64,000 nucleotides of DNA from Escherichia coli (GTDB lineage: Bacteria; Pseudomonadota; Gammaproteobacteria; Enterobacterales; Enterobacteriaceae), in NCBI RefSeq assembly GCF_017348835.2, contig NZ_CP071375.1. One strand, written 5' to 3'. Under the pieces are notes generated by a model. It did no database searches, had not been told where the DNA came from, and was given only the letters and a program-made list of their open reading frames with translations. The translations under genes and the position numbers were made by a program. Below, one piece after another: positions 13,533-26,044 of this stretch; position 1 is the first letter of the stretch; every line of letters starts with the position of its first letter.

Positions 13533-14256
13533 CCTGAACGCCGATCTGGGCGAAGGCTGCGCCAGCGACGCAGAGCTATTAACGCTGGTTTCCTCTGCCA
13601 ATATTGCCTGTGGATTTCATGCAGGCGATGCGCAAACCATGCATGCTTGCGTGCGTGAAGCAATAAAAAATGGTGTTGCAATTGGCGCTCACCCGAGTTT
13701 TCCCGACAGGGAAAATTTTGGTCGCAGCGCCATGCAGCTGCCGCCAGAAACCGTTTACGCCCAGACGCTGTATCAAATTGGCGCGCTGGCAACGATTGCC
13801 CGTGCGCAAGGCGGCGTAATGCGTCATGTCAAACCGCACGGCATGTTGTACAACCAGGCGGCGAAAGAAGCACAACTGGCAGACGCCATCGCCAGAGCGG
13901 TATACGCTTGCGATCCAGCATTGGTTCTCGTTGGGCTGGCAGGAAGCGAGCTGATTCGTGCAGGCAAGCAATATGGCCTGACAACGCGCGAGGAAGTGTT
14001 TGCCGATCGCGGTTATCAGGCTGACGGCTCGCTGGTGCCGCGAAGCCAGTCAGGCGCGTTGATTGAAAACGAAGAACAGGCGCTGGCGCAAACGTTGGAG
14101 ATGGTGCAACACGGCAGAGTCAAAAGTATCACCGGCGAATGGGCAACAGTCACGGCGCAAACGGTCTGCCTGCATGGCGACGGCGAGCACGCACTGGCGT
14201 TCGCCCGCCGACTACGCTCTGCATTTGCCGAAAAGGGGATTGTTGTCGCAGCATAA
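13522..14256 (+). CDS. pxpA: 5-oxoprolinase subunit A (PxpA, LamB/YcsF family, formerly YbgL)
   Basis: 244-aa [23 protein letters not shown]...; the LamB/YcsF N-terminal DLNxDxGE motif is visible. Confidence 0.93.
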   Translation: MKIDLNADLGEGCASDAELLTLVSSANIACGFHAGDAQTMHACVREAIKNGVAIGAHPSFPDRENFGRSAMQLPPETVYAQTLYQIGALATIARAQGGVMRHVKPHGMLYNQAAKEAQLADAIARAVYACDPALVLVGLAGSELIRAGKQYGLTTREEVFADRGYQADGSLVPRSQSGALIENEEQALAQTLEMVQHGRVKSITGEWATVTAQTVCLHGDGEHALAFARRLRSAFAEKGIVVAA

Positions 14257-14291
14257 CCCCGATTAATAAAGAATGAAAAAAGGATATCACC

Positions 14292-15083
14292 ATGCCTGAA
14301 GGCCCGGAGATCCGCCGTGCAGCGGATAACCTGGAGGCGGCGATCAAAGGCAAACCACTAACTGAAGTCTGGTTTGCCTTCCCGCAGTTAAAATCTTATC
14401 AATCACCACTTATCGGTCAACACGTTACCCATGTGGAAACGCGTGGTAAGGCGTTGTTAACTCATTTTTCCAACGACTTAACGCTCTACAGCCATAATCA
14501 GCTTTACGGCGTCTGGCGCGTGGTTGATACCGGCGAAGAGCCGCAGACCACGCGAGTATTGCGGGTAAAACTGCAAACGGTTGACAAAACCATTCTGCTT
14601 TATAGCGCCTCGGATATTGAGATGTTGAGGCCGGAACAACTGACCACGCATCCGTTTTTACAACGCGTTGGTCCCGATGTGCTGGATCCGAATCTGACGC
14701 CGGAGGTGGTAAAGGAACGGCTATTGTCGCCGCGCTTTCGTAACCGTCAGTTTGCTGGATTACTGCTCGATCAGGCGTTTCTGGCAGGACTTGGCAATTA
14801 TTTGCGGGTGGAGATCCTCTGGCAGGTTGGGTTGACTGGAAATCATAAAGCGAAAGAACTCAATGCGGCGCAACTGGATGCACTCGCACACGCGTTACTG
14901 GATATTCCTCGATTTTCCTACGCTACGCGGGGGCAGGTGGATGAGAATAAGCATCATGGGGCGCTGTTTCGCTTTAAGGTTTTTCATCGTGATGGCGAAC
15001 TGTGCGAACGCTGTGGCGGCATCATTGAGAAAACCACGCTGTCATCTCGCCCGTTTTACTGGTGTCCGGGCTGCCAGCACTAG
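14292..15083 (+). CDS. nei: Endonuclease VIII (DNA glycosylase/AP lyase)
   Basis: 263-aa ORF. It has the N-terminal MPEGPEIRR (catalytic Pro2) and a C-terminal zinc finger CERCGG...CPGCQH. Confidence 0.96.
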   Translation: MPEGPEIRRAADNLEAAIKGKPLTEVWFAFPQLKSYQSPLIGQHVTHVETRGKALLTHFSNDLTLYSHNQLYGVWRVVDTGEEPQTTRVLRVKLQTVDKTILLYSASDIEMLRPEQLTTHPFLQRVGPDVLDPNLTPEVVKERLLSPRFRNRQFAGLLLDQAFLAGLGNYLRVEILWQVGLTGNHKAKELNAAQLDALAHALLDIPRFSYATRGQVDENKHHGALFRFKVFHRDGELCERCGGIIEKTTLSSRPFYWCPGCQH

Positions 15084-16126
15084 GCCGTACGTTTCGGCGC
15101 ATAGGTTGAAATAAACCGCGCAATGGCAGGCCCTGTCAGCAAAATACTGAACAGGCGCAGGGTTTGCATCGCCATAATGAGCGCCATATCGGCATTGCTC
15201 CCTGCGGCGATGACCGCCACGGTATCAAGCCCGCCGGGGCTGGTGGCGAGGTAGGCAGTCATAAAATCAATGTGCATAAACCGGGTCAGTCCCCACGCCA
15301 TACCCGCACAAATAGCCAGCAGAGCAAAAATCGACAGCAGGATTTGTGGTAGCGGGCGTAGTGCCCGCAGTAAGATTTGTTTATCGAAACCAAGACCAAT
15401 CCGCCAGCCAATTGCCATATACGCCATCGCCAGCAGCCATTCCGGTAGTTCGATGGTGATGAGCTGACCAGACTGGAGCACTGCGCCCGCCAGCATCGGG
15501 ATGAGCATCGTGCCGGAAGGAAGACGCAGCAGGCATCCCACTGTACCGGCAACGACCGCGAGCAAAATAGTAAGCAGGAGATTAATGCTCACTGGCGGGA
15601 ACCAGACGATATGCTGGTTAACCGCTTCAGCGTTATCACCCAGCATCATGCGAGTGACCAGAACAGCGGCCCCCGCGACGAACAGCACTCGCAGATATTG
15701 CATAAACGCCACCAGGCGAATATCTGCGCCGTAATCTTGCGCCATAGCGACCATTGCCGCCGCGCCGCCAGGAGAGGAACCCCAGGCACCGGTATTTCCA
15801 GGCAATGAGCTATAGCGCACCAATAACCAACCCACGATGGCGCTGGAAAGCAGCGTTACCAGTAAAATTGCAAGCACGATCGGCCAGTTGACGGCCAGGG
15901 TGGTGAGAATCGAACCAGTGAGGTTTTGCGCAATCATGCAGCCAAGAATGGCCTGCGCGGCGAGAAAAGCGGAGCGGGGGAGTTGCAGGATAACCCCGCG
16001 CATACTGAAGATGATCCCGGCGATCATCGGCCCAAGTAATAATGCCGCCGGGAGATGTACCGCGAGGAAACCAATAGAAAGGAGAAGTGATAGCACACAT
16101 AACATTCCCCACTGCAAAACTGGCAT
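15080..16126 (-). CDS. abrB: Membrane protein AbrB (putative AidB regulator; AbrB duplicated-domain family)
   Basis: Track ORF 15080..16141 trimmed to the ATG at 16126 ([16 protein letters not shown]...), giving 348 aa. Highly hydrophobic. The start choice rests on memory of K-12 annotation. Confidence 0.85.
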   Translation of the reverse strand: MPVLQWGMLCVLSLLLSIGFLAVHLPAALLLGPMIAGIIFSMRGVILQLPRSAFLAAQAILGCMIAQNLTGSILTTLAVNWPIVLAILLVTLLSSAIVGWLLVRYSSLPGNTGAWGSSPGGAAAMVAMAQDYGADIRLVAFMQYLRVLFVAGAAVLVTRMMLGDNAEAVNQHIVWFPPVSINLLLTILLAVVAGTVGCLLRLPSGTMLIPMLAGAVLQSGQLITIELPEWLLAMAYMAIGWRIGLGFDKQILLRALRPLPQILLSIFALLAICAGMAWGLTRFMHIDFMTAYLATSPGGLDTVAVIAAGSNADMALIMAMQTLRLFSILLTGPAIARFISTYAPKRTA

Positions 16127-16274
16127 CCTTTGCTCCCTCATTATTTACTCTTTGGTGTATCGATACAGCATAAAGAATGCCGGGCATGGAAAAAATAACG
16201 GTAATCAATAAAAGCCGGAAAATTGGCAATTAACCGAAGAAGCCCTCTCCGGCTGGAAAGGGCAATAGGCTAAA

Positions 16275-17336
16275 TCAGTTGTAGTTAATTTTGAAAAGTA
16301 CCACTGTATCAAAGGGACCAACGTCGATGGGCGTACCCGGCGTGGATGACAATTCTGCCGTGTAGGTTTTTTCATACACTAACAGGTCGCTGGTAAAATC
16401 GGCATACTCACTGTATTTGTTGAAAGTATAGGGTGAGGCATTTTCATCCAACAATCGAAGCTTCAGGCCATTGCCAATGAGCAGTGATTTATCTTCGTCG
16501 ATAAGGGTTTCATCGGTATAAAACGAAGAGCTGACTTTAAAACCGTCGGTACACTGGTCGTTTTGTGATTTGGTTGTAGTTATTTTAAATTGCTGCGACA
16601 TCGTATGGCGACGAATATCCAGCACGTTAAATCGGCCAAAATCAACGACCTGGGTTTCAGGTGAGATAGCAAAGTTGACGCTGCAATCCAGCACGCGGAT
16701 ATTTTCCAGACCGGTAATGTGATATTTCAGATTCTTCGCGGTAGGGTCTTCGTTCACGCTGCCTGCGCCATCAAACTGTACGACGATGTAATCGCTGAGT
16801 TTGCTCTGATAATCATGGGGCGGCATGGCGCGAACTTTAACGTAAAGCCGCATACGCGCCACAAACGTCCGCGATTTGTGCATAACGGTTGGATCGCCGG
16901 AGCAAAGTTTATTTTGCCAGCCCATCGCAATGATCTGCTCCGGGGTGTAAATATCAATATTCTTACTGTCGATGCACTGATTCGTGTCGATGCGGCTTTT
17001 CCCAAGGCTTGCGTCATAGTCCACGCCTTCATAGGTTACGCCCAATTGATAATAGGGATCCTGAATACCGGGGTAAGGGTTTACCCAGGCGTAGACGTGC
17101 TCGCTTTCAAAATTACCGTTTGTGTTGTTGTCACAGTAGACCGGAATTTTTATATCGTCAGATTCCCAGATTTTATCGCCGGGTTTGGAATTGGCCGGAA
17201 CGGCGAAGGGCATAATAGCTTCCGATTTTTCTACAGCGCCGTTTGCGGTACCAAAATAGCAGTTCAGCGCCAGCGCCGCTTTTAGCGGCAAAAAAATCAG
17301 ACAGATGGCGAGCAACACGCCTTTGGCGAATCTCAT
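16275..17336 (-). CDS. ybgO: Fimbrial adhesin-like protein YbgO
   Basis: 353-aa ORF with a signal peptide ([23 protein letters not shown]). Last gene of the chaperone-usher operon. Its start overlaps the ybgP stop. Confidence 0.85.
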   Translation of the reverse strand: MRFAKGVLLAICLIFLPLKAALALNCYFGTANGAVEKSEAIMPFAVPANSKPGDKIWESDDIKIPVYCDNNTNGNFESEHVYAWVNPYPGIQDPYYQLGVTYEGVDYDASLGKSRIDTNQCIDSKNIDIYTPEQIIAMGWQNKLCSGDPTVMHKSRTFVARMRLYVKVRAMPPHDYQSKLSDYIVVQFDGAGSVNEDPTAKNLKYHITGLENIRVLDCSVNFAISPETQVVDFGRFNVLDIRRHTMSQQFKITTTKSQNDQCTDGFKVSSSFYTDETLIDEDKSLLIGNGLKLRLLDENASPYTFNKYSEYADFTSDLLVYEKTYTAELSSTPGTPIDVGPFDTVVLFKINYN

Positions 17337-18064
17337 TTTTTATTCTCCACCGGCTGCAGGCGGCATTGCCGCTGGCAGGAGAGCGTGTTCATACGCAATG
17401 CGCCGTAGTCGTCCATGTAGCCAAGATAAAACTGCTTGCCGCTATAGCTGCCCGTGCTGGTGGTGACCGAACTGAACGGTGCGACCATCGTGCTTTTAAA
17501 GCCAGGCAGCACGCCTTTCTCATCCCGCCCAAGATAGGCAATAGTCAGATAGTATCCGGTCGGGTTTTTCAGGGTAAGCTGGTTATTCTGCTGGCTAACC
17601 TGTAGCTGTTGCTCAACATGATCGCCCATTTTTTTGCGTAATGCGGCGGGTCGCCAGAATAGCTTAATGCGACTTTGGACGGCGACTTGCAGGATCGCAT
17701 GGCCCTCGCTGCCTTCCGGGACAGGCGGAATTTCACGCAGGTTATAGTAAAAGAGAGATTCGCGATCGGTGGGTAATTTCGCGGTGGCGGCTTGTTTCAT
17801 GATCCGAACCTGCGAAGCCGCTTTTGGCTCCAGTCGCTGGATAGGCGGCAGGGCGACGAGAAATTCATCGCTTTTCTCTCCCTTTTCATTTTCTATCCAT
17901 GAATAGGCGAGGTAGGGGAGTTTATCGCTGCGGTTTTCCACGCGCAGGCTGGTTGCTTTATCTTTGCTATTAAAGATGATGCGCGTGCGGTCAGGCTGCA
18001 CTGCGCCGTGGCTGCACATACTGGCAACCAGAAGAATCAAAGGGAATCCTTTAACAAATGTCAT
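17333..18064 (-). CDS. ybgP: Periplasmic fimbrial chaperone YbgP (PapD-like)
   Basis: 243-aa ORF with a signal peptide and PapD-like features (RIIF...V.N, LPxDRESLF..N.REIPP). Confidence 0.9.
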   Translation of the reverse strand: MTFVKGFPLILLVASMCSHGAVQPDRTRIIFNSKDKATSLRVENRSDKLPYLAYSWIENEKGEKSDEFLVALPPIQRLEPKAASQVRIMKQAATAKLPTDRESLFYYNLREIPPVPEGSEGHAILQVAVQSRIKLFWRPAALRKKMGDHVEQQLQVSQQNNQLTLKNPTGYYLTIAYLGRDEKGVLPGFKSTMVAPFSSVTTSTGSYSGKQFYLGYMDDYGALRMNTLSCQRQCRLQPVENKK

Positions 18065-18078
18065 CGTCTTTTCCTTAA

Positions 18079-20538
18079 TTAATGACAGGGTAAAATCAGG
18101 CGCTTAGTCACATCTTCCAGATGTTCCGGCAGATGAATGGCACACGTTTTCTGGTCGCCCCAGTGCACGGTAAATTGTTGATTTTCATCGACCCCACTCA
18201 GCCATGCGTGACCGTTTTCGCCAACCATCCCGACGCTGACACCGCCTTCAGCCTGGCGAACATCGGCACCGAGCGGCGGGAAATGCCCGTTAGCATCGCT
18301 GATAATGACGTTGAGATCTTTCCCGGCGCGGGACGCCAGCGATTTAAAGCCGATGGCGCCTTCGGTCCAGGTTTCTTTCACCACGTTTTCGGAAACGGTA
18401 ACGCCGTCAGGCAAGTCGTTCATATTGACCGCCACCGTCGTAGGCTGGTAGCTGGAAACAAACGGTACCACGGCAATACCAAAGCGGTTGGTGTAGTCAA
18501 TATTGCCCTGAATCGGAATATCGCCCACGCCGTCGGTGCTGACCATCAGGCGTGGTTCATTGGTGGAACTGCGGCGATGGAATGCCGCGCCATGTTGAGT
18601 CGCGGTAAACGAGCCGCTCCAACTGGCACTGGCGGAAGTGTAATCATTGGCGGCATAGGTTCCGGTCAGATCCCATTCCCCCGCCGAACTGAGGTGTTGG
18701 TAATTGCCGCTGACCTGCGCACCGTTATCCGGGCGATCGGATTGTATTCCAGCCGACATTCCCCAACTGTTTCGTTCATCCAGGGTATCGTTCCACGACA
18801 TGCGGTGGGTGGTACTATTACTGTTGTTCTGCATGTCATAACCCAGTCGACCACTTTCCCCAATCGGTAAGGAGATCGAAAAGTAAATCTGGTTGTCGCG
18901 ATCTTTATCTTCATAATGGGTGGTGTTGAACGAGGTCGAGACAGAAATATCTTTCCAGTCGCCAATGTCGACGTTAAAACCGGCGGTAATGTTGGCCGTG
19001 GTGGAGGTATCCGCATTCCACCAGCTCTGATGCAGGATGTTGGCGTAGAGATTAAGATTCAGCGGAGTAATAGGCTGACCGAAGGAGAGGCTGATGGTTT
19101 GCTTTTCATCCTGCGCGTCGGCGTCATTGTATTTGTGATCAATGTAGTTAGCGTAGCTGTGAAAATGGCGATCGGAGAAGCGATAGGCTGCCAATGAGAT
19201 GGTGCTGTTGGTCGCATCAACCTGTTTGCTGTAGTTAAAGCGGTAGCTGTAACCCTGCTCATCCTGTTGAGTATCAAAATGGCTGTCGGCCCAGGTCACG
19301 TCAAACGACAGCGCCCCCAGCCAGAGCATATTTTGCCCAATACCCAGCGCGCCGGAACGATAGTCATCGCCTGCGAGAAGCATGCCGCCATATAGTGAAG
19401 TGTTGGAGAGCATCCCCCAGGAGACTTCATGGCTAATGAAGGTTTCATCCTCGGTGTGGTGCGACATAGAGGAACGCGGGCGACCGGCAGCCAGTTTATA
19501 GCGCACCTGGCCCTGACGCGTCAGGAACGGGGTAGAGGCCGCTGAAACCTGGAAGTTATTCACCCGTCCATCTTCTTCGCTCACTTTGACATCCAGTGTA
19601 CCTTGCACTGACTGATTCAGGTCATCAATAATAAATGGGCCTGGCGGAACTTTTTTCTGGTAAATCACGCGACCAGAATGGCTTATCGTGACCGTGGCGT
19701 TAGTCTGTGCGATGCCGCTGATTTGCGGCGCGTAGCCGCGTAACTCCCAGGGGAGCATTCGATCGTCGCTGGCTAACGCCGCACCGGTATAGGAGAAACC
19801 ATCAAAAATGTTAGAGCTAAAATCGGTTTCGCCCAGGGTTAATCGGGAACCTATTTGCGGTAACGGGCGGAACAGGTAGGTCCGTGAAATCGCCCCGGAT
19901 TGTTCACGGTTGTCGCCGCTATCGGACTGGCTAAGCTGATAATCGCTGCGCAGACGCCATGCCCCGGCGTTGAGGCCCGTGGTGCCATAGGCGTTCAGGT
20001 TGTTGCTGCTGCTGCCGCTTTGTGGGCGATAAGTGCTGGCAAACAGGTTGTAATCCATCAGGAAGCCAGGAATACCGTTATTCCACGTTGAGGGTGGCGT
20101 CCAGTTTTCTGAATGCCACGCCAGCCATGCCTGCGGGATTGTAATATTGAGCTGTTGATTTGCCTGATCGAAAGTAAAGATGATTTCAGGGAAGACACTA
20201 AAATCGACACATTCTTTTATTGCCGGTAATTTTTTACGAAAGTCAGATTTAAGTCCGAAGAGTTCGATCAGCGATTCATTGATACAAGGAATAATTTTAT
20301 CGCCAGATTTTTGCCAGCGAATTTGTTGCCCATTACTGATTTTATTATTATTAACCGTAACACTAACAAAATAATCGCCGGGAGCTACGACGCCTTTTTG
20401 ATTGAGCAACGAAATATCAACGCTATCCCGAATCGACTTATCGAGAACGTTAAGGTTAAATTCAGCTGCCAGCGCAGGAGGGGTTACCATTGCCAGACAG
20501 GAAAGAACAGAGAGTCGATAAATATTCACGGCATCCAT
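18079..20538 (-). CDS. ybgQ: Outer-membrane fimbrial usher YbgQ
   Basis: 819-aa ORF. Usher-typical N-terminus (EFNLNVLD) and a C-terminal Cys pair. A GTG at 20529 is an alternative start. Confidence 0.9.
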   Translation of the reverse strand: MDAVNIYRLSVLSCLAMVTPPALAAEFNLNVLDKSIRDSVDISLLNQKGVVAPGDYFVSVTVNNNKISNGQQIRWQKSGDKIIPCINESLIELFGLKSDFRKKLPAIKECVDFSVFPEIIFTFDQANQQLNITIPQAWLAWHSENWTPPSTWNNGIPGFLMDYNLFASTYRPQSGSSSNNLNAYGTTGLNAGAWRLRSDYQLSQSDSGDNREQSGAISRTYLFRPLPQIGSRLTLGETDFSSNIFDGFSYTGAALASDDRMLPWELRGYAPQISGIAQTNATVTISHSGRVIYQKKVPPGPFIIDDLNQSVQGTLDVKVSEEDGRVNNFQVSAASTPFLTRQGQVRYKLAAGRPRSSMSHHTEDETFISHEVSWGMLSNTSLYGGMLLAGDDYRSGALGIGQNMLWLGALSFDVTWADSHFDTQQDEQGYSYRFNYSKQVDATNSTISLAAYRFSDRHFHSYANYIDHKYNDADAQDEKQTISLSFGQPITPLNLNLYANILHQSWWNADTSTTANITAGFNVDIGDWKDISVSTSFNTTHYEDKDRDNQIYFSISLPIGESGRLGYDMQNNSNSTTHRMSWNDTLDERNSWGMSAGIQSDRPDNGAQVSGNYQHLSSAGEWDLTGTYAANDYTSASASWSGSFTATQHGAAFHRRSSTNEPRLMVSTDGVGDIPIQGNIDYTNRFGIAVVPFVSSYQPTTVAVNMNDLPDGVTVSENVVKETWTEGAIGFKSLASRAGKDLNVIISDANGHFPPLGADVRQAEGGVSVGMVGENGHAWLSGVDENQQFTVHWGDQKTCAIHLPEHLEDVTKRLILPCH

Positions 20539-20587
20539 ACCTGAACAATATTCGCAAAAGGCGGCTAATCAGCCGCCTTAAAAAGGA

Positions 20588-21154
20588 TTATTGGTAATCC
20601 AGAACGTAAGTTGCGTTAGCAGTAACGGCCCCCGCGGTAACCGAAACTGCGTTATCCATCTGTTCCATCCAGGCAAAGAAGTTTAACGTTTGTTCTGTTG
20701 AACTTGCCAATAAGTCAATTGTTGGCGCTTCTGTTCCCAATACAACAAATGATTCATCTTTGTTCATGAGACGTACGCCAACGCCGGTAGCCTCGCCAGC
20801 ACTGATGTTACTAAGGAGCGGCGTTGCACCTGTCGTTTTAGCTGTGCTGTCGAAGGTCACGCCTACCTTTGAGACCACGCCACCGTTGCCATCATCCCAG
20901 CCTGCAATATCACAGTTGATTAAGCGAATATTGACAGGTTTTTTCTCGCTATGATGTTCTCGATTTATGTGGGATGTGGTTACTTCACCCAAGTCAATGT
21001 TCATATCAAGGTCATTAGGGTGAATTTCACAAGGTGCTTCAATAACTTCACCTTTAAAGTGGATTTCACCAGATCCTTCATCTGCAGCAAAAACAGGTGA
21101 AGCGAATAGTAGAGATATGGCCAGGGCGGCCAGTGTTTTTTGTCCTTTAAACAT
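20588..21154 (-). CDS. ybgD: Fimbrial major-subunit-like protein YbgD
   Basis: Track ORF 20588..21169 trimmed to the ATG at 21154 (MFKGQKTLAALAISLLFASPVFA...), giving 188 aa. Type 1 pilin-like with a Cys pair and a C-terminal beta-strand ending ...YVLDYQ. Confidence 0.85.
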   Translation of the reverse strand: MFKGQKTLAALAISLLFASPVFAADEGSGEIHFKGEVIEAPCEIHPNDLDMNIDLGEVTTSHINREHHSEKKPVNIRLINCDIAGWDDGNGGVVSKVGVTFDSTAKTTGATPLLSNISAGEATGVGVRLMNKDESFVVLGTEAPTIDLLASSTEQTLNFFAWMEQMDNAVSVTAGAVTANATYVLDYQ

Positions 21155-21481
21155 ACATGAATCCTTCATGGGCTATGATAAAGTATACTAATTATTCCGA
21201 CAGAATAGTGGTTTTTTGTTCATGTAATAATATTAATGTTGCTACATTATGTTTGAGAGTTTCTCAAAGCTCTCGAATCATAAATAAAGTGAATTAATCC
21301 TATTACGAGTTTATTTAATTGTGGGTGCTACCCAATGTATTCTACATCGATTGGCGGGATAACGGTGGTGGTGAATGAAAAATTAGGATTTTATTTAGTT
21401 GTCGGATATGTATTCTTGTAACGTGTAATTATGTATTTGTGTCCGATTACGTTTTTTTGTCGATAGACATAACTAACGAAC

Positions 21482-21514
21482 AAAAAAAAGCCCGCCAGAT
21501 ATTCAGGCGGGCTA
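21482..21514 (-). terminator. Rho-independent terminator of gltA
   Basis: The minus strand reads AGCCCGCCTGAATATCTGGCGGGCTTTTTTTT. A 7-8 bp GC stem (21490-21496 with 21507-21513) is followed by eight T, about 25 nt after the gltA stop. Confidence 0.88.
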
Positions 21515-21540
21515 AACGATATATGGTTCAAATCAGATAA

Positions 21541-22824
21541 TTAATGTTTAACATCTGATTTAAAGTCTCGTTTTTCATAGCCGGTGTACAACTGGCGCGG
21601 ACGGGCGATCTTCATGCCGTCACTGTGCATTTCGCTCCAGTGAGCGATCCAGCCAACGGTACGGGCCATAGCGAAGATGACGGTGAACATGGAAGACGGA
21701 ATACCCATCGCTTTCAGGATGATACCAGAGTAGAAATCGACGTTCGGGTACAGTTTCTTCTCGATAAAGTACGGGTCGTTCAGCGCGATGTTTTCCAGCT
21801 CCATAGCCACTTCCAGCAGGTCATCTTTGGTGCCCAGCTCTTTCAGAACTTCATGGCAGGTTTCACGCATTACGGTGGCGCGCGGGTCGTAATTTTTGTA
21901 CACGCGGTGACCGAAGCCCATCAGGCGGAAAGAATCATTTTTATCTTTCGCACGACGAACAAATTCCGGAATGTGTTTAACGGAGCTGATTTCTTCCAGC
22001 ATTTTCAGCGCCGCTTCGTTAGCACCACCGTGCGCAGGTCCCCACAGTGAAGCAATACCTGCTGCGATACAGGCAAACGGGTTCGCACCCGAAGAGCCAG
22101 CGGTACGCACGGTGGAGGTAGAGGCGTTCTGTTCATGGTCAGCGTGCAGTATCAGAATACGGTCCATAGCACGTTCCAGAATCGGATTAACTTCATACGG
22201 TTCGCACGGCGTGGAGAACATCATATTCAGGAAGTTACCGGCATAGGAGAGATCGTTGCGCGGATAAACAAATGGCTGACCAATGGAATACTTGTAACAC
22301 ATCGCTGCCATGGTCGGCATTTTCGACAGCAGGCGGAACGCGGCAATTTCACGGTGACGAGGATTGTTAACATCCAGCGAGTCGTGATAGAACGCCGCCA
22401 GCGCGCCGGTAATACCACACATGACTGCCATTGGATGTGAGTCGCGACGGAAAGCGTGGAACAGACGGGTAATCTGCTCGTGGATCATGGTATGACGGGT
22501 CACCGTAGTTTTAAATTCGTCATACTGTTCCTGAGTCGGTTTTTCACCATTCAGCAGGATGTAACAAACTTCCAGGTAGTTAGAATCGGTCGCCAGCTGA
22601 TCGATCGGGAAACCGCGGTGCAGCAAAATACCTTCATCACCATCAATAAAAGTAATTTTAGATTCGCAGGATGCGGTTGAAGTGAAGCCTGGGTCAAAGG
22701 TGAACACACCTTTTGAACCGAGAGTACGAATATCAATAACATCTTGACCCAGCGTGCCTTTCAGCACATCCAGTTCAACAGCTGTGTCCCCGTTGAGGGT
22801 GAGTTTTGCTTTTGTATCAGCCAT
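21541..22824 (-). CDS. gltA: Citrate synthase (type II)
   Basis: 427-aa [39 protein letters not shown]... Catalytic His/Asp-containing segments ([17 protein letters not shown]) are visible. Confidence 0.98.
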   Translation of the reverse strand: MADTKAKLTLNGDTAVELDVLKGTLGQDVIDIRTLGSKGVFTFDPGFTSTASCESKITFIDGDEGILLHRGFPIDQLATDSNYLEVCYILLNGEKPTQEQYDEFKTTVTRHTMIHEQITRLFHAFRRDSHPMAVMCGITGALAAFYHDSLDVNNPRHREIAAFRLLSKMPTMAAMCYKYSIGQPFVYPRNDLSYAGNFLNMMFSTPCEPYEVNPILERAMDRILILHADHEQNASTSTVRTAGSSGANPFACIAAGIASLWGPAHGGANEAALKMLEEISSVKHIPEFVRRAKDKNDSFRLMGFGHRVYKNYDPRATVMRETCHEVLKELGTKDDLLEVAMELENIALNDPYFIEKKLYPNVDFYSGIILKAMGIPSSMFTVIFAMARTVGWIAHWSEMHSDGMKIARPRQLYTGYEKRDFKSDVKH

Positions 22825-23222
22825 TTAAGGTCTCCTTAGCGCCTTATTGCGTAAGACTGCCGGAACTTAAATTTGCCTTCGCACATCAACCTGGCTTTAC
22901 CCGTTTGTTATTTGGCTCGCCGCTCTGTGAAAGAGGGGAAAACCTGGGTACAGAGCTCTGGGCGCTTGCAGGTAAAGGATCCATTGATGACGAATAAATG
23001 GCGAATCAAGTACTTAGCAATCCGAATTATTAAACTTGTCTACCACTAATAACTGTCCCGAATGAATTGGTCAATACTTCCACACTGTTACATAAGTTAA
23101 TCTTAGGTGAAATACCGACTTCATAACTTTTACGCATTATATGCTTTTCCTGGTAATGTTTGTAACAACTTTGTTGAATGATTGTCAAATCAGATGATTA
23201 AAAATTAAATAAATGTTGTTAT

Positions 23223-23238
23223 CGTGACCTGGATCACT
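23223..23238. promoter_or_regulatory. CRP-like palindrome in the gltA-sdhC divergent control region
   Basis: cGTGAcctggaTCACt fits TGTGA-N6-TCACA at 8 of 10 core positions, about 300 nt upstream of sdhC. Assignment is by pattern only. Confidence 0.35.
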
Positions 23239-23532
23239 GTTCAGGATAAAACCCGACAAACTATATGTAGGTTAATTGTAATGATTTTGTGAACGGCCTA
23301 TACTGCCGCCAGGTCTCCGGAACACCCTGCAATCCCGAGCCACCCAGCGTTGTAACGTGTCGTTTTCGCATCTGGAAGCAGTGTTTTGCATGACGCGCAG
23401 TTATAGAAAGGACGCTGTCTGACCCGCAAGCAGACCGGAGGAAGGAAATCCCGACGTCTCCAGGTAACAGAAAGTTAACCTCTGTGCCCGTAGTCCCCAG
23501 GGAATAATAAGAACAGCATGTGGGCGTTATTC

Positions 23533-23922
23533 ATGATAAGAAATGTGAAAAAACAAAGACCTGTTAATCTGGACCTACAGACCATCCGGTTCCCCATCAC
23601 GGCGATAGCGTCCATTCTCCATCGCGTTTCCGGTGTGATCACCTTTGTTGCAGTGGGTATCCTGCTGTGGCTTCTGGGTACCAGCCTCTCTTCCCCTGAA
23701 GGTTTCGAGCAAGCTTCCGCGATTATGGGCAGCTTCTTCGTCAAATTTATCATGTGGGGCATCCTTACCGCTCTGGCGTATCACGTCGTCGTAGGTATTC
23801 GCCACATGATGATGGATTTTGGCTATCTGGAAGAAACATTCGAAGCGGGTAAACGCTCCGCCAAAATCTCCTTTGTTATTACTGTCGTGCTTTCACTTCT
23901 CGCAGGAGTCCTCGTATGGTAA
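23533..23922 (+). CDS. sdhC: Succinate dehydrogenase cytochrome b556 subunit
   Basis: Track ORF 23518..23922 trimmed to the ATG at 23533 ([34 protein letters not shown]...), giving 129 aa. Confidence 0.93.
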
Positions 23923-24263
23923 GCAACGCCTCCGCATTAGGACGCAATGGCGTACATGATTTCATCCTCGTTCGCGCTACCGCTATCGTCCTGACGCTCT
24001 ACATCATTTATATGGTCGGTTTTTTCGCTACCAGTGGCGAGCTGACATATGAAGTCTGGATCGGTTTCTTCGCCTCTGCGTTCACCAAAGTGTTCACCCT
24101 GCTGGCGCTGTTTTCTATCTTGATCCATGCCTGGATCGGCATGTGGCAGGTGTTGACCGACTACGTTAAACCGCTGGCTTTGCGCCTGATGCTGCAACTG
24201 GTGATTGTCGTTGCACTGGTGGTTTACGTGATTTATGGATTCGTTGTGGTGTGGGGTGTGTGA
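23916..24263 (+). CDS. sdhD: Succinate dehydrogenase hydrophobic membrane anchor subunit
   Basis: 115-aa hydrophobic ORF overlapping the sdhC end and the sdhA start. Confidence 0.95.
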
Positions 24264-26029
24264 TGAAATTGCCAGTCAGAGAATTTGATGCAGTTGTGAT
24301 TGGTGCCGGCGGCGCAGGTATGCGCGCGGCGCTGCAAATTTCCCAGAGCGGCCAGACCTGTGCGCTGCTCTCTAAAGTCTTCCCGACCCGTTCCCATACC
24401 GTTTCTGCGCAAGGCGGCATTACCGTTGCGCTGGGTAATACCCATGAAGATAACTGGGAATGGCATATGTACGACACCGTGAAAGGGTCGGACTATATCG
24501 GTGACCAGGACGCGATTGAATATATGTGTAAAACCGGGCCGGAAGCGATTCTGGAACTCGAACACATGGGCCTGCCGTTCTCGCGTCTCGATGATGGTCG
24601 TATCTATCAACGTCCGTTTGGCGGTCAGTCGAAAAACTTCGGCGGCGAGCAGGCGGCACGCACTGCGGCAGCGGCTGACCGTACCGGTCACGCACTGTTG
24701 CACACGCTTTATCAGCAGAACCTGAAAAACCACACCACCATTTTCTCCGAGTGGTATGCGCTGGATCTGGTGAAAAACCAGGATGGCGCGGTGGTGGGTT
24801 GTACCGCACTGTGCATCGAAACCGGTGAAGTGGTTTATTTTAAAGCCCGCGCTACCGTGCTGGCGACTGGCGGAGCAGGGCGTATTTATCAGTCTACCAC
24901 TAACGCCCACATTAACACCGGCGACGGCGTCGGCATGGCTATCCGCGCAGGCGTACCGGTGCAGGATATGGAAATGTGGCAATTCCACCCGACCGGCATT
25001 GCCGGTGCGGGCGTACTGGTCACCGAAGGTTGCCGTGGTGAAGGCGGTTATCTGCTGAACAAACATGGCGAACGCTTTATGGAGCGTTATGCGCCGAACG
25101 CCAAAGACCTGGCGGGCCGTGATGTGGTGGCGCGTTCCATCATGATTGAAATCCGTGAAGGTCGCGGCTGTGATGGTCCGTGGGGGCCACACGCGAAACT
25201 GAAACTCGATCACCTGGGTAAAGAAGTTCTCGAATCCCGTCTGCCGGGTATCCTGGAGCTTTCCCGTACCTTCGCTCACGTTGATCCGGTGAAAGAGCCG
25301 ATTCCGGTTATCCCAACCTGTCACTACATGATGGGCGGTATTCCGACCAAAGTGACCGGTCAGGCGCTGACTGTGAATGAGAAAGGCGAAGATGTGGTTG
25401 TTCCGGGGCTGTTCGCGGTAGGTGAAATTGCCTGCGTATCGGTACACGGTGCTAACCGTCTGGGCGGCAACTCGCTGCTGGACCTGGTGGTCTTTGGTCG
25501 TGCGGCAGGTCTGCATCTGCAAGAGTCTATCGCCGAGCAGGGTGCACTGCGCGATGCCAGCGAGTCTGATGTTGAAGCGTCTCTGGATCGTCTGAACCGC
25601 TGGAACAATAATCGTAACGGTGAAGATCCGGTGGCGATTCGTAAAGCGCTGCAAGAATGTATGCAGCATAACTTCTCGGTCTTCCGTGAAGGTGATGCGA
25701 TGGCGAAAGGGCTTGAGCAGTTGAAAGTGATCCGCGAGCGTCTGAAAAATGCCCGTCTGGATGACACTTCCAGCGAGTTCAACACCCAGCGCGTTGAGTG
25801 CCTGGAACTGGATAACCTGATGGAAACGGCGTATGCAACGGCTGTTTCTGCCAACTTCCGTACCGAAAGCCGTGGCGCGCATAGCCGCTTCGACTTCCCG
25901 GATCGTGATGATGAAAACTGGCTGTGCCACTCCCTGTATCTGCCAGAGTCGGAATCCATGACGCGCCGAAGCGTCAACATGGAACCGAAACTGCGCCCGG
26001 CATTCCCGCCGAAGATTCGTACTTACTAA
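24263..26029 (+). CDS. sdhA: Succinate dehydrogenase flavoprotein subunit
   Basis: Track ORF 24251..26029 trimmed to the ATG at 24263 ([24 protein letters not shown]...), giving 588 aa. FAD dinucleotide fold and the covalent-FAD His region (SHTVSAQGG) are present. Confidence 0.97.
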   Translation: MKLPVREFDAVVIGAGGAGMRAALQISQSGQTCALLSKVFPTRSHTVSAQGGITVALGNTHEDNWEWHMYDTVKGSDYIGDQDAIEYMCKTGPEAILELEHMGLPFSRLDDGRIYQRPFGGQSKNFGGEQAARTAAAADRTGHALLHTLYQQNLKNHTTIFSEWYALDLVKNQDGAVVGCTALCIETGEVVYFKARATVLATGGAGRIYQSTTNAHINTGDGVGMAIRAGVPVQDMEMWQFHPTGIAGAGVLVTEGCRGEGGYLLNKHGERFMERYAPNAKDLAGRDVVARSIMIEIREGRGCDGPWGPHAKLKLDHLGKEVLESRLPGILELSRTFAHVDPVKEPIPVIPTCHYMMGGIPTKVTGQALTVNEKGEDVVVPGLFAVGEIACVSVHGANRLGGNSLLDLVVFGRAAGLHLQESIAEQGALRDASESDVEASLDRLNRWNNNRNGEDPVAIRKALQECMQHNFSVFREGDAMAKGLEQLKVIRERLKNARLDDTSSEFNTQRVECLELDNLMETAYATAVSANFRTESRGAHSRFDFPDRDDENWLCHSLYLPESESMTRRSVNMEPKLRPAFPPKIRTY

Positions 26030-26044
26030 TGCGGAGACAGGAAA

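Noticed and set aside
24233-25930. 565-aa minus-strand ORF
   Set aside because: It lies entirely antisense to sdhA, whose identity is unambiguous. Its composition is His/Arg/Thr-rich nonsense typical of a shadow frame in GC-balanced, codon-biased genes, and it has no Shine-Dalgarno.
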